The position numbers and the translations under genes are program-made. DNA of 64,000 bases from Amoebidium appalachense (lineage: Eukaryota; Protista; Ichthyosporea): assembly GCA_963693365.1 (NCBI GenBank), contig CAVNZM010000004.1, positions 8,531,093 through 8,595,092 of the forward strand, read 5' to 3'. Positions 22,082 through 44,554 of the stretch are shown piece by piece (the stretch's first letter is position 1; each line of letters starts with the position of its first letter). A model generated the notes under the pieces. It was not told the origin of the DNA. It worked only from the letters and a program-made list of their open reading frames with translations, and did not search any database.

Positions 22082-24008
22082 GGGGGGGGGGGGGGGAGGG
22101 GGGGGGGGGGGGGGTTAGGAAGAGGGGAAGGATATCGAAGTTGAGACAAGATCATCATCGGTGGCCATGTGAAATTGGCAAAACCTCGTGATGACACAGC
22201 TGTGTCGAGGGGTGCCAGGCATGTGCGAAAGAAGCTTCGAAGGAATGGGAGGGAGGCTAGGGTGTGTCGAAGCTAGGGGCCGATCATCAGGGATGAGAGC
22301 GGGAAGGGGCGGGGGGGGGGGGGGGGGGGGTAGATTTTTAGAGGGACTGAAAGGGCCTTGGCCAGCCTTGGTCTAGTAGGAAAGCTAATCAAATAGTATA
22401 GAGATGCCCATGGAGAAGACGGAGAGAGAGGTCCCCACCGAGATTTCAAGGAGAAATCGGTCTGTCTTTGGCCAAGAAAAGCAGAGGAATTCCCGAACTC
22501 GTGAGCATGTTGATTTTGTTTCTTTTTGTTTCTTCGCCTTGCTATCTTTCCAGGGGCAGGAAAACTTGTTACTGTTGTCATTTGTTTTTCTGATTTTGCC
22601 CACAAGTCGATGTCACCCGGCATGCATATGGTGATTTGCATTTCATTATTAGCTAACAATCCCTGTTATTGCAATGCGCGGGTAGAAACTAAACGTGGCG
22701 GGGCAAAAGAACACCATGATAAAAGCTGGTGGGGAAAAGAGGGACTCGGGGTGGGAGGCGTAAGGAGGAGGAGGAGGAGGAGGGGAGGGGAAGGGGGGGG
22801 AAGGGGGGGGGGGGGGGGGGGGGGGAGGAGCACTGTAGCCGACGGTGCTCAGCGACTCAAGTCAGCGGCTGTGCTCACCAGTCACCACACGGCAGTGTCA
22901 CGGCCGTGAGCAAAGCGGCTACATTCCTACAAGATGTCTATCCAATAATATTGTTTGACGTCATGGCTGTAAATCCAACGTTATACTTTCGACTTTACGA
23001 ACCGATGATGAAGCAGGCTGTCATAGCTATTTTCCTCGGTTTATTAAACAAAAAATTGAGTTAAAAAATATAACTATACGTATGGAGTTATTCTTGATTC
23101 TCCGTTTTCTTGAGGAAATGCTCATTATCAAGATTGTCGTGCTTTATGAGTACCAACATGCCATCTGGCTAAAGTTTGCACATTTTAGGTGCCTGCGTCC
23201 AATCAAATGGCCCGCTTTTGAAGGTTTTATTTGTCGTTTTCCCGGGCTGCACACTGACACAGTGTCGCTGGGGTCACGTTTCTTTCGGACGGTGTGGCTT
23301 CAGTGCATGTTGAATGTTGAATAGAGAAGAATAGTATTAGTGCTGTATATACTTTGTAGTTTCAATAGTCTCATGTTTTGTTAGAAGAGTAAGACAAGAA
23401 GTTAGGCACAAGTGTACAACGATTACGCGCACACCATCGTCAGAGCACCGTCAGGACACCGACGTCACACCGTATAGAAGGCCCGTGTTCATTCACCCGT
23501 GTCACTGGTCGAAAACTGTAACTAAACACACTTGCGTGCGCAGCTAATGCCTATCTGCCTTGCGGACGGATCAGTTTCGAAGACGCACGCACACACACAC
23601 GCGCGCACACACGCACAAGCACACACACACACACACACACACACTCGCCTTGACGGTCTGCCACGGTCTCGCCAGTCTTCAGAATCTGGGGGTGGCTCAT
23701 GATTGGTCACTCTGAATACCCGAACCCGCCGAGCTACGTGGGTGCTTTACGAAGATTCCAGTCAAAATGGTGCTCTTTTGACCGGGTTCCACGTTGCTGT
23801 TTTTTGCAACTCGCACACACATTTCACTGCTAGAAGTCATCTAGGCTAGTTGAGGCTGTATGGGAAGGCGTACATGGTACCAGCACACATACAAACTCCT
23901 TCAAGACACACTATATAGTTTAGCTATTTACTAACTCACGAAACCCGGATTAAACACATCAATCTTGCGTTAGTTTAACCTTTGCGCAGCCTGAAGCTAA
24001 GACCAAAA

Positions 24009-31744
<7,736 letters not shown>

Positions 31745-31952
31745 ACTGCTTTTGATTGGCCCGTGGTGTCGATCTTGCAGGTTGGTGCACATCCTCCCCC
31801 CCCCCCCCCCCCTCCCCCCCCCGGCCCAGTGATCCCCTGGCTCTATTTATGGTGCATCCTCTTTGTAGTGTATCGCCTTTGCGCAACCAGCATGGTGTTT
31901 TCCGTCCTGAACGCTTTCGCTTTCCACTCTGTAATGTATCCCCCCCCCCCCC

Positions 31953-32002
<50 letters not shown>

Positions 32003-32388
32003 TCCCCCCCCCCCCCCCCCCCCCCCCCCTGGGTGTGCTACGGCTTGCACGTGTCACTTCGTCTGTCGTTGGCAGTACTCCTGCATGGGTGTGCCTATCA
32101 TTAGGTGCATGGATACCCAAATGTGTAGGTGCTCTGGTTGGCACAATAACCTCAGCCACGACACAGGCATGCACACGTACATGCACGTGCATGCACATTG
32201 GCACACTGGCTCGCAATGCCGCACACAGACTTGGAAACACGGGAAACATGCACATCCCCAACAACGACCCCCCCCCCCCCTCCCCCCTTCCTGCCCCCGC
32301 AGGGGAGAAAAAAATGGGTTGGGGGGGGGGGGGGGGGGGGGACTGAGCCCCATCCTACAAACCCTTGTGGCCTCGGCTCCATTTTTCA

Positions 32389-32427
<39 letters not shown>

Positions 32428-32545
32428 ATTTGTAAGTGGGTCGGTGGTGGTAGTGTTTTTTTTTTTGTGTGTGTGTGTGTGCGCTTTGGTGTTTTTTTTT
32501 TTTTTTTTTTTTTTTTTTTTGTTTTTTGCTTTTTTTTTTTTTTTT

Positions 32546-32596
<51 letters not shown>

Positions 32597-32999
32597 GGGA
32601 GGACACGGCAAACAGATTCGTTTTCTGCCCTAAGCTGTGTTTCCGTTTGCACGAGGGGGAGCTCAAGGTCACGAAATGAATGGATAGTGTGCGAGTGAAG
32701 TGTCGTGTTGCCGAACGATGTGTGTCCTTCTTATCAGATATCCCTCTGTACTATGTGTGACAGGACACTAACGAGGTTTTGTTTGCAGTCTGCAAGGGGC
32801 AGCGTGGAATGTGGTTGGTGGGATGGATGGTGGCTGCACGCGGGGACTTACCAATCGGAAAGAGGCTTGGTTAGCCTTAAATGGCAAGTGGATTTGAGGT
32901 ATTCGCCTCTCCTTTCTCCTTTTTCTGTTCGTGTCTTGTGTAGGTGGGTATACGTAGGGCTGTTCTGTGTGTGTGTGTGTGGTGGTGTGTGTGTGTGTA

Positions 33000-33034
<35 letters not shown>

Positions 33035-33378
33035 GTTATTATGGGTGTCTGTGTCTGTGAGCTTTTTTTTGTTTTTTTGTACTGGCCAATATCGGGCCTT
33101 TGTTGGCTGTACATTCTGTTTCACTTTCTTGCATCTACGATCGGGTGACTTGTCTATGAACAGTATATCATCACCTCACTAATAACAGTGCTCCGACCAA
33201 TCGGTACTACGCGCAGGATACAAAATTTGTACGTGAGTACGTGAGGTGTGTTTCACAGCAAATCTTTCCGGGGTTTGGTTTTGTATATTTCTATTATGTT
33301 TAGATCATGGGTGTGTGTAGAACAGAAGAGACCTTGCTTTTTGCTTGACTGTTTGTTCGGGGGGAGAGGGGTGTGGGG

Positions 33379-33424
<46 letters not shown>

Positions 33425-35760
33425 CAAGTGTTTGTCCGTGTATAGTGACTCTGGTTTCGGTCTCTGACTGTAAGACTTCTGTAACACGGTTACGTTCGTG
33501 TGAGTGGGCAGGGTTTGGTCAGGGACTCGACAGATCTAGATTCTGCAAACCACTCTTGGACTAAACAATTATGAGGGCCGTCGGATGGTCTGTTTACCAG
33601 GTGGTTTTTTTTTTGTTTTTTTTTTTTGGGGGGGGGGGGGAGGGGGGGGTTGTTTTGGGTATCGGGGGATGGGGGGGGGGGTCTTATGATATGTAACTAA
33701 TTTAGAGGCTGTAGTAGGTCTGCTCTAACAATGGCACATAATACACACAGACTGTATACATTCTCACAATGGCAGTAACGGTCATCAATTATCTAGTAAA
33801 TCCATAGCGGGCATTAGAAGATTCACTTGTTCGTAGCACTCTGAACTTGAACATGGTACGTGATAGATAGTCTATGTATTGACGGGCCGTTTGAATCGAA
33901 GCCTAACTGCTAATAGAATAAGTATTTGTGAAATAGTTTTATGAGGCGATGTAAGAGTAGTAGAGTCAGTCAGACAACCACTGATTCATGAAGTTCAACA
34001 GCTTTGAATAAAAAGCAGTACTCTTGGAACGATTACCAGTGGTGTGCACGTGCATCATGATCACTGAAGCCCATGATATCACCACTGGGCCTCTATTGAA
34101 ACCAGGTGGACCAAATCTTTTCCATTCGTGCGCTGCTTTTGGCAAAGACGATACTGCCTTTACCTTAACCCTAGGGACGTCGACGTAGGAAGAAAAATAG
34201 TACCGTACCTACAGTACATAGCGCGCTTGGGTGAACTTCGTGCCATTAACTTACAAAACCCATTTGATGATAGAGGCAGCAAACAAGCTCGCTCAGCAAA
34301 CTACATACGGCCATTGCTTGATACAGGGCACACTGATCGACATTTTTTTTTCAGCTACACATATATGTTCCTACTTTTTTACTTATTTTCAAGTTGAGCA
34401 GCAACTTGAGCTCTGCGTTATTATTTCACCTGTGATCACATGGTCACATCTGCTACCTTTGGAAGTAGCTACCTCTTCTTTTTCAAGGCTGACAAACCTT
34501 TCCTTCCGAAGCGACTGCAGTCACGCGCCAACTCATACCCTTGAAAAATAGAATTAATTAACTAAGCTCGCCAGAGTATAGTTTATCGGCGGCTGAGGCC
34601 ACAGTCACACGTGGCAGTGGTCACATGTTCATGGCATGGCCGTCGACTTCACCGTGCACGCGGCTACAGCCTGATGTGGCAGCATATGTGACACCCCAAC
34701 TTCCCAAGTTCGCAACGTTCATGAATTCATGAATCATGGTCACTGAGCAACGCGCCAATAATTTCGTATCACATGTACACTGAACACGTGTTACTGTTAC
34801 TATTGCCTATTCAAGATGTTACTCCCTCTGTTGAGTTGAAAAACAGTTTCCAACATATGAATGTGCATGGTTATATGTCGATAATGAATAGCACCGAGTC
34901 ACCCTGCTTGATTTTCCTGCTTTGTTTACACACGTGGCTTGGGTGCGTGTATTCAACGTGTGGCAAATTCTCGCCAGATCTGGTAAAGAATCCTAAAGCA
35001 CGTTCCACACAGTAAATTTTGCATACCAGGATAAGCTCAAACTAATCAAAAGTGGCGATCTAGTTGGCCGTTACGAAATTTTCGAGTATATCTGCCAGCG
35101 AAATGATTGAAATGTACCCGGAAACAATTAACAACAATTACAAAGGTAAAGACTGCTTTACCCATGTGATAGTTGCGATAACACGCATCGAAAAACAAAT
35201 ATAATATATGTGCTGTGTCCCAACGTCTAAGGTTAGGTTTCTCTTTTCATTCTTTTTTCGGTATTCTTCAAGCTATGGGTCGCGGACTCGAGGTGTTTCC
35301 TAGAAAGTCTCGTTCGAGACCGTCAAACTCGTTAGTATCGTCTGTCAACGAGAGGCTGGCGTACCTTTTTGACGAAGTGGTCGACTCACTTTTGCAATTT
35401 CTGGTGTTAACGAGATAAAGTTGTTAGGAGTGCACTGCAACATCACCTACTACGCGGCTTAGTCTCAGTTATAGGCTTCGTCTTTAATGGATATAAAAGC
35501 ACGCGCGTGCACACACATGCTGACACACCAAGCACACCCACAAAACGCACGCGCACACGCCCACAACACACGCACACGCACGCACACCTACACAGTGGAG
35601 AGAGGAGGCTAGAGAGATATACACACGCACATGCGCGCGCGCAAAAACACACATTAAGAAAGACACAAACTACTTCGTCGTGCTTTGATGCCGTAGATGG
35701 TTCCGAAGACGTCTATGCCTTGGTCCTCCGGCGTAGCCATAATAATTTTCAAACATAAAA

Positions 35761-35941
35761 ATGGCTTCGAGCTCGCAAGGTGATCCTTTACGCAAGAAAG
35801 GCTTTGGTGAAAGACTGCGGGACTCTTTCAGAAAGGGAAAGGGCCGGGAGGAGGAGGCTTTAAATGCGGAGCGGGAAGCGCAGCAGGTATGTTTTTGTAC
35901 CAGGTCCTGTGACTGTCTCGGTGTGCCCATGCGTGTGTGTG

Positions 35942-36034
<93 letters not shown>

Positions 36035-36488
36035 CGCACGGTGTGTGTGTGTGTGTGTGCCACAGTGTGTGTGTGTGTGTGCATGGATGTGTGTGTGCGT
36101 GCGTGCGTGCGTGCGTGTGTGCGGTTGTGGGAGTGTAGGGCTATGATGCATAGTTCGTGAGTGTTAAGTGTGCATGCCAAGGGGGTGTGTGAGCTGGGGG
36201 TGTGGCTGTGGGTGGGTGCGTGTGTGTGGGTGCGGTTGACGCGGTGTGTCACGGTGCCTGTGTACATGTATGTGCGTGTGCATTTCTGTGCACCGCAGGG
36301 TGTGGAAACTAAATATAGTTATAGTTGACTTTGCGTGTGAAGGTCATGGTATTCCTGTTTCCCTTTTGGTATTCTCTATGTTTGTATGGTGTGAAGGAAA
36401 GGGAAGGCCTGTTGAGAAGTATGGATTAGTTTGAAACGTAGGCAGTGGGGTCCCTTTGCACACGTCATAGTTGCAAAGGAGGAATGCA

Positions 36489-36550
<62 letters not shown>

Positions 36551-36604
36551 AAGACAAACACAAACACCGTCAAGCGCATGCGCCCAGTCACACGCACACA
36601 CACA

Positions 36605-36675
<71 letters not shown>

Positions 36676-36832
36676 AAAAAGAAAAAAAGAAAGAAAGAAT
36701 GAAAGAAAGAAAGAAAGGGGAAAAAAAGAAAGAAAGAAAGAAAAGGAGCACACACACAAAAACATCGTGCACTTGCCTTAAAAAGAGATGCGCACACGCA
36801 TAGCATGCTCCATCTCAGATGTCCCCCCCCTC

Positions 36833-36863
<31 letters not shown>

Positions 36864-37094
36864 AAAAAATAGGAGAGAAAGAAGAAAGAAAGAAAGAAAG
36901 AAAATACTTCACTTCTCCTTCTCCCCTCCTGTAAAGGCCGTGCCTCTCTTTTTTGCCCCTCTTCCCCTCTTAGATAAAGCTCAAGCCCCCGTCCCCGCCA
37001 CCCCACCCTCTCACCTTCATTCATCCTCCCTCTCCCGGCCCACCTTTTCTTTTCGCATATGCAACTCTCGCTTGCCCCCTCCCCCCCCTAATCC

Positions 37095-37128
<34 letters not shown>

Positions 37129-38279
37129 AAAAAAAGAAAGAAAGCAAGAAAAAAAAAAGGAAGAAAAAAAACCGTTCTTCCTGACTGCCCCAACCCTTAA
37201 AGGGACCCATATTATAAAACTTCTTCTCAAAAATGAATGACTACACGCTTTACAACATCTGTGCAACCCTCTCCTTCCCCACCCCCCCCCCCCCCCCCAC
37301 CCCCCTTCCCCCCCTCTTCATCGTTACGCTAACCACCCACCCACCCCTTGCTTCATGGGCACATGCACACACCCTGTCCTCACAATCTGGGAGATTCATG
37401 TGGGTTTCCTGCTTTTTGCCGCCTTTCATGTTTTCATAACCCCCCCCCCCCCCCCTCCCCCCGCCCACTCCTCCTCCTCCTCTCTCGGAACTAATGCATA
37501 CTTCCCCCTCCCTTCTTCCTCCCCCCCCCCCCCCCCCCCCCCCCATCTCCTCCCTCCACCCTTCCCCCCCCTCCCCCCCCCCTTACGCCGGGACGACCAA
37601 AAAATCACAGGTTCCCGAAAGGTCACACCCGTCCCCTTCTGAGCCACAACACCACCAGCCCCTCTACCATACATATTCCCTGGGACCCCCCCTCTCAAGG
37701 AACCCCCAATCTGAATTTACAGTACCGGTCGTAACACTAGCGCGCCCCGACTCAGACCCTTACGTCAATATTGCATACTCGCACGCCCACACCGACAGCA
37801 GGAGGTACCGAAATACACCGGAAATTGCTTACGGAAATCACAATACGGGGTCGGACAGAGTAACGACAAGGAGCAGACCCGTAAATCAGGATTATGATGG
37901 GGAAACTACTCAAAACAGTAGGTCAGATTGCAGCATCGGCGAAAGCACCCCTCAGACTTCTCAAAATCCCCAAAATTCCCAGAAATCCGGATTGGGTGTG
38001 ACGAGAATCAACTCCAGGGGGCGCAGTAACAGCGCAAGTTATTTGGTGCCATACATTGAGGGGGGGTCTCGAAATTCATCCAACGGGAGTATTCCCATCT
38101 CTGTGGACATGTCGATTGGCGGGGGGGAATTTATCATGTCGCCCCAGGGGGGGTCTGATATCGAGGGGGGTTTGTACGGGAGAGGCGGTCCTAATGAGCA
38201 CCATCATAATCACGGACACCATCGAACCGTAAGTGTTTTTTTTCAAGGCCATAACCCCCCCCCCCCCCCCCCCAACCCT

Positions 38280-38334
<55 letters not shown>

Positions 38335-38605
38335 TAGTTACTCTGTTTGCAGCCATTCCCATTTTTGAGTTCCCTGGCGGATGTGCACCCCTTCTCCCCC
38401 CCTCACCTCCTCTTGCCCCACAACCTTCTTTGCGCTCTGTGACTTTGCCCTCTCTTCCCTCCTTCTTGCTTATGTTTCTCCCCTCTGCCCTCTGATTTAT
38501 ACTCCACTCCTCCTCCACTCCCCCCCTTCCCCCCCGACGCAAGCACACACATGCGCGTGCACGTGCGCACACACAGACATCCACACACACAACACACACA
38601 CACAC

Positions 38606-38651
<46 letters not shown>

Positions 38652-38762
38652 CTTGTGATGTCCGTTGTGAATCTGTACTGTGTACTCTGTAATACATTCT
38701 ACCTTTCTACCCTCCCTCCTCTTTCCCCCCTTTCTCCCCCTCCCCCCCCCCCCCTCCCCCCT

Positions 38763-38816
<54 letters not shown>

Positions 38817-39139
38817 ACCACCACCACCACCACCACCACCACCCACCCACCCACCCAACTACCCACCCGTACACACACAACCCACCTTCATCCCCCCCCC
38901 CCCCCCCCCCCCCTCAAAAAAAAAAAAAAAAAACGATCATAGAAGCTGTTTGTTCAAACCAACCAGCACGGTTTCGGGTAAAGGCGCAAGGGACTTGAAA
39001 CATATCTGATCGACCTGTGACCGGGTTGTCCATGAAGAAAATTGAATAATAATTCTGTGGTCTAGAGATAATATGAAAGGGAAATCAAATTAATGACATG
39101 TAAGCAATGTCCGTTAAGTGAAATGTTGGGTTCTCTCTC

Positions 39140-39231
<92 letters not shown>

Positions 39232-39348
39232 TTTCTCCTTTCTCCACACCCTCTTTTCCTCACACACACTCGCTCTCTCTTGCCCCCGCCCCCCACCCTC
39301 CATCCCCGCCCCCCTTCCTCCATCCGTCCTCCCTCCACCCCGTCCCTC

Positions 39349-39391
<43 letters not shown>

Positions 39392-39700
39392 CCCCCCGGT
39401 GCAATGTGTTGTCCGTCATGATGTGTACATCGTACTCTGCCACATCTTTTACCCCCCTCCCCCCTGCCCCCCCTCCCCTCCCTCACCCCTTCCCCCCAAT
39501 CCCCCCCCCCCCCCCCCCCCCCCGCCCCCACCACCACCACCATTACCTCACCCTGCCTCTTCCGTTCTCAGCTGTCCATTGCGTTTTTCCTTTCTTGGTG
39601 CCTGGTTATGGAAAGTACGATCCTGTGTCTGTACACACTCCGACTACTTGGATTCCTAAACCCCCCCCCCCCCCCCCCACACACACACACATGCGCGCGC

Positions 39701-39791
<91 letters not shown>

Positions 39792-40764
39792 CGCACAGCG
39801 GAGCGCCACCCTGAGCAGCACCTCGAGCCCCATCCACACAGAATTTTCATCGCCCGACCACCAGGGCTCCGCCGTAAAACACCCCCCAAATAATCTTCAC
39901 CGCAGCAATTCTCTGCGGAAAAAACTCTCAAAATCGTTTATAGACACAGCCGACTCATTAGTCGACGCTCTCGAAGTTGCAATCTCCAGATCACAGACAG
40001 AACCCAACAATCCCGAAACGAACGAATCTAAATCCCCGGGCCCGCATCAATCGGGTTTTTCTCTTTTTGCTCATCGCAAGTCCCTCAGGCGGGTTCAAAC
40101 TCAACATGACGCCCCCTTTGCGTCCTCGAGCCTTCCGGAATTCACTTTTGCCGGGAAACTCAAGCCGGAAGATGAACGCGGGAGGTCACGCTTCGGGGAC
40201 GATAACGGGAATATCGAAGATAATCCGGATTTACGGCTTGGGCCAGTACGTGGGCAAGGTGGCCGAAGCCATATGTGGAGGAGCCGTAGTTTTCGGGAAA
40301 GCCGTAATCAGAATACGGAAAGTGCAGCAAAACCCGAAAAGGAGAAATTTCCCGGGTTTTTGTCGAATGCCCTGACTAGGCATGCCAGCGTTGGTGCAGT
40401 CGGTGAGGGGGCGTCAAACAGGAGAGCCAGCAATGTCGCCTCACCCAATGAGTGGGAGCCAGGAACACATTCCAAGCATTCCTCTGTGCATTCCTTGGAC
40501 GCACACCCACCGGCTCACCGTAAGAGTAGGGACGACATACGGAGGTTGGGGCATAGACCCTCTTGCCCGGCCCCGTCTACACAAAATTTCGGGGGGGTTT
40601 TCGGGAATGGCAGCTGGGACAAGTTAACGGGTCTCTTTAGGGGATCCGAGAGGGAAAAGGACCCCGCTTTTGCAAATTACGATCCGCAAATTCAGGCTGT
40701 CGCCCAGAGGAATGCAGATCTATGGGAGATGGTTTTGGATACAAGGAAACAAATGGGATCGTGA
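35761..40764 (+). CDS. Hypothetical Ser/Arg/Gly-rich, probably disordered protein, about 569 aa, 3 exons
   Basis: Exons 35761-35886, 37611-38228 and 39799-40764 join through phase-0 GT-AG junctions (1710 nt). The exons are long, non-repetitive open frames, and the ATG has an AAAATGG context. No domain was recognised. Confidence 0.75.
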
Positions 40765-40809
40765 TCGAATGTAAATTTACTATAGGATTTTGTGTTCCTT
40801 TTTTTTTTT

Positions 40810-40851
<42 letters not shown>

Positions 40852-41138
40852 TTTGCGTGCTATGTGTTATGAGCTATGCAATGGGCTGGAAATTCAACTG
40901 TTGGTGGTGGAGGAAAATTTCCTGCTTTGAAATTTCTAAGGTCCTACTCGACAGAAAAATATTAGAAGCAAGGGGGGGACCCATTTCTGTGTGGAATCAA
41001 AGCCGTTGCTTACATATTAGATGTCCGAATGGCCAAAGTGATAAAACGGAAATAATTCGAACCTCCTTATACATAATTTGTTAACAAAAAGCTGTTTGAC
41101 ATGTTAAGGTGACTGAATTATGAATGAGTCCAATCATA

Positions 41139-41238
<100 letters not shown>

Positions 41239-42154
41239 GACAGACACTGTGTGTACACTTTCGAGCCTTTTTCAAAAGTACGCACGCGCCTTCATTCCAA
41301 CTTAGTATTTTTTTCACGCTGTTCTTTCGTTAACTTTTCTTTTCTAAATTAACAAGCCCTATTTAGTGTCGAATTCATACGATCGGCCATGAACCCATTA
41401 GCAACACCGTAGGGGCTCCCTTCCGTGTGCCGAATTTACGCAAATTCCTTTTTTGGTTAAAAATCCGATCGAAACGTACGCTAGAGAATGCTCTTATATA
41501 TGTATTAAGTCACCCCGATGACACCGGAACGGGGGATGGCCCATAAATGAGTAAATCACCGTGAATGTGCTCCCACGAGAAATTTTGTGAATTTTCAGCA
41601 GCCCCAACTTCCTTATTCGAGGTCCCTGTGTCATAGGTACTGCGGGGTGGATCGTGTGGGATGCTGTCAGTGACACCAGGGTGTGGATGTGTGTGGGTGG
41701 GTGGGTGGGTGGGTGGGTGGGTATGTGGTTTTGTGTGGGTGTGTGGTTGGGTGGGTGTGTGGGTGTGCGCACGTGTGCACGTGTGCACGTGCATGCACGC
41801 ACGTGTGTGTGCGTATCTGTGCCTGTGCCTGTGCGGGTGAGTGCATACGTGTGTGTACGTGTGTGTGTGCGTGTGCGCATGGGTGCGCGCACACGTGTGT
41901 GCGTGTCTGCATGCGTGCGTGTTTGCGTGTGTCACACACGCGTGCGTGCACATGTGGGTGTCCGTCCGTCTACGGTGTGCACGTAGGGCTCCGGAGGGCC
42001 CGGGGGGCCCCGGCGGGGTGTGGGGATGGGAGGGGCCCGGGGGGGGGGGGGGGGGGGGAGGGAGGGAGGGGGATCTGCAGACGTTGGACCCGAAGGGCAT
42101 CTTCATGAGATTCTTTGGCATATGGCACGGCACGAGACCACACATACCATGCGC

Positions 42155-42269
42155 TCCATATATGGACATTATCCATATGTGGATAATTATTCATATATGG
42201 ACATTATCCATATATGGACATTTTCCATATATGGACATTATCCATATATGCACATTATCCGTATATGGG
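42155..42269. repeat. 17-bp tandem array (TCCATATATGGACATTA) x7 with a palindromic core
   Basis: Counted directly; the core TCCATATATGGA is a 12-bp palindrome. Confidence 0.95.
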
Positions 42270-43064
42270 TAGATGCTGCGCGAAGACCCCAAGAGCCTTG
42301 CCAAACACCTGCTGCTGATCACGTGATGTACTTGCAGTTGCCAGAGCATTACCGTATTAAGGCCTTAGTTGGCATTTCGCACAAGAGGTGACATCGATTT
42401 CTACGCCAGATTTGACGCTAGCTGTGCTTAATAATGGGCTTGTCCCATATTTGGTGTTCTCTCTTTCGGAAATGGTGCGACTTCTCTACATAAGTAAATA
42501 ATGGAGAAATGCCGATTTCAGTCATTAAGGTCTATACAGCATTTTTCGATGGCGTACCTTGTATCGTGTTTCCTCAAAAAAGTTATGCCATAAATGGAAA
42601 AAGCTATGTAATCAGCGGACCCAATGCATCGTCCCGCGGCAAGCCACCAGATGCTTACCACCGGGCTTCAGCAGTGATAATCGATACAATCACTACGCCG
42701 TCACAAACATCGGCTAAATATGCTGCATGCCTTAATTAAGGGGGTTCTTACAGTACTTAGCAGAACAGGTGTGTGTGAGAACTGTATGGACTACATGTGC
42801 TTTCGTGTGCCTGTCTGGGGGGAGGGTGGCGGGAGGAGCCGGGGGGAGGGGGGAGGTGAGGGGGGGGGGAAGGGAGGGAGGCAGGGGACGGGGAAAACAA
42901 AAAAGGTAATCAATACACAAACAGTTCACCACAATCAGGGCATAGTAAATCGATTTTTCGGCCACTCCAGATCTGGGAGAACTAACATTACATACTGACA
43001 CTAGCAAACACACGTATCATATGATGTGCAAACCCACAAAAACCTAAGCACATTCGTCATACAT

Positions 43065-43495
<431 letters not shown>

Positions 43496-43895
43496 CCTCC
43501 CCCGCCTCGCCCCCCCCCCCTCCCCCCCCCCCCCCCCCCCCCCCCCTCCCTCCCCCCTCCTCCCCCCGGGCCAATTCCCCCCTTCCCCCCCCCCCCCCCT
43601 CCCCCTGGGCCCCTCTCCCCCCCCTCCCTCCCCCCCCCCCCGCCCCCCCCTTCCCCCCCTCCTCCCCCCGGGCCAATTCCCTTCACCAAAGTCTTTTGTG
43701 CTCACAAACATTAACATTAGTAACCTGCATCTTGATTGTACACACTTAGTAGCTGCATCTTGAATGTACACACACATACACTCGGGATCCCGTGCACTGC
43801 CGGCACTAATAAACGTGTTTGCAACACGCTGTCGTACACACAAAATCTTTGTGCACACACATACACGCAGTTACACGTGTACGCGTGGGCGCGCG

Positions 43896-43938
<43 letters not shown>

Positions 43939-44554
43939 ATCCCCACACACAGACACAGCCACCCATGCACCCACACACAGACACACCCACACACTCACAC
44001 AAAGGTAGTATGTGGACGCACACACCACTGAGCTTTTACATGACCCACACAATGAAAACTTTACACACACAAAGACACAAACACACACCGTTGGCATAGT
44101 GCCGAAGACTGTACACGTCCGGGCTCATTCACACACACAAAAGGAAATCCATGAATTGACCGTGCACACATGAGGAGAGCGGATAACAATTTATGGTGAT
44201 AAAAATTTTTCTTAGTTGAGGGCTCGGGGTGGGGTGGGTGTGTGCCACTGGTGTGAAAAAGAGAAAAGATGTGAGCAGGGAAAAACCATGGTTAAGAGAT
44301 GATTACTTTGCAGCACTTTTTATTCGGGCTGCATTCTTGTGTTGTTTGGTCCGAGGTGACACCGTCACTATATGACCTGTACGGCAAACATTATCAAAAA
44401 GTGCGAACCTCAAAAATCAAACTGTAAATGTTCTGTCTCGCAGCGCTTGCACCTGGCAAGCGCAATCCTTCTGCTTATCTGCCAAGTACCTAATACTCAA
44501 AAATCCTTCACAGAAAAGGCTTAGAAAAATCACTGACAAGAATCCAGTGACGAG

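Noticed and set aside
33700-35420. Microsatellite-free region with several 67-106-aa ORFs
   Set aside because: No consistent splice chain, codon bias or recognisable domain; treated as intergenic or promoter DNA of unknown origin.
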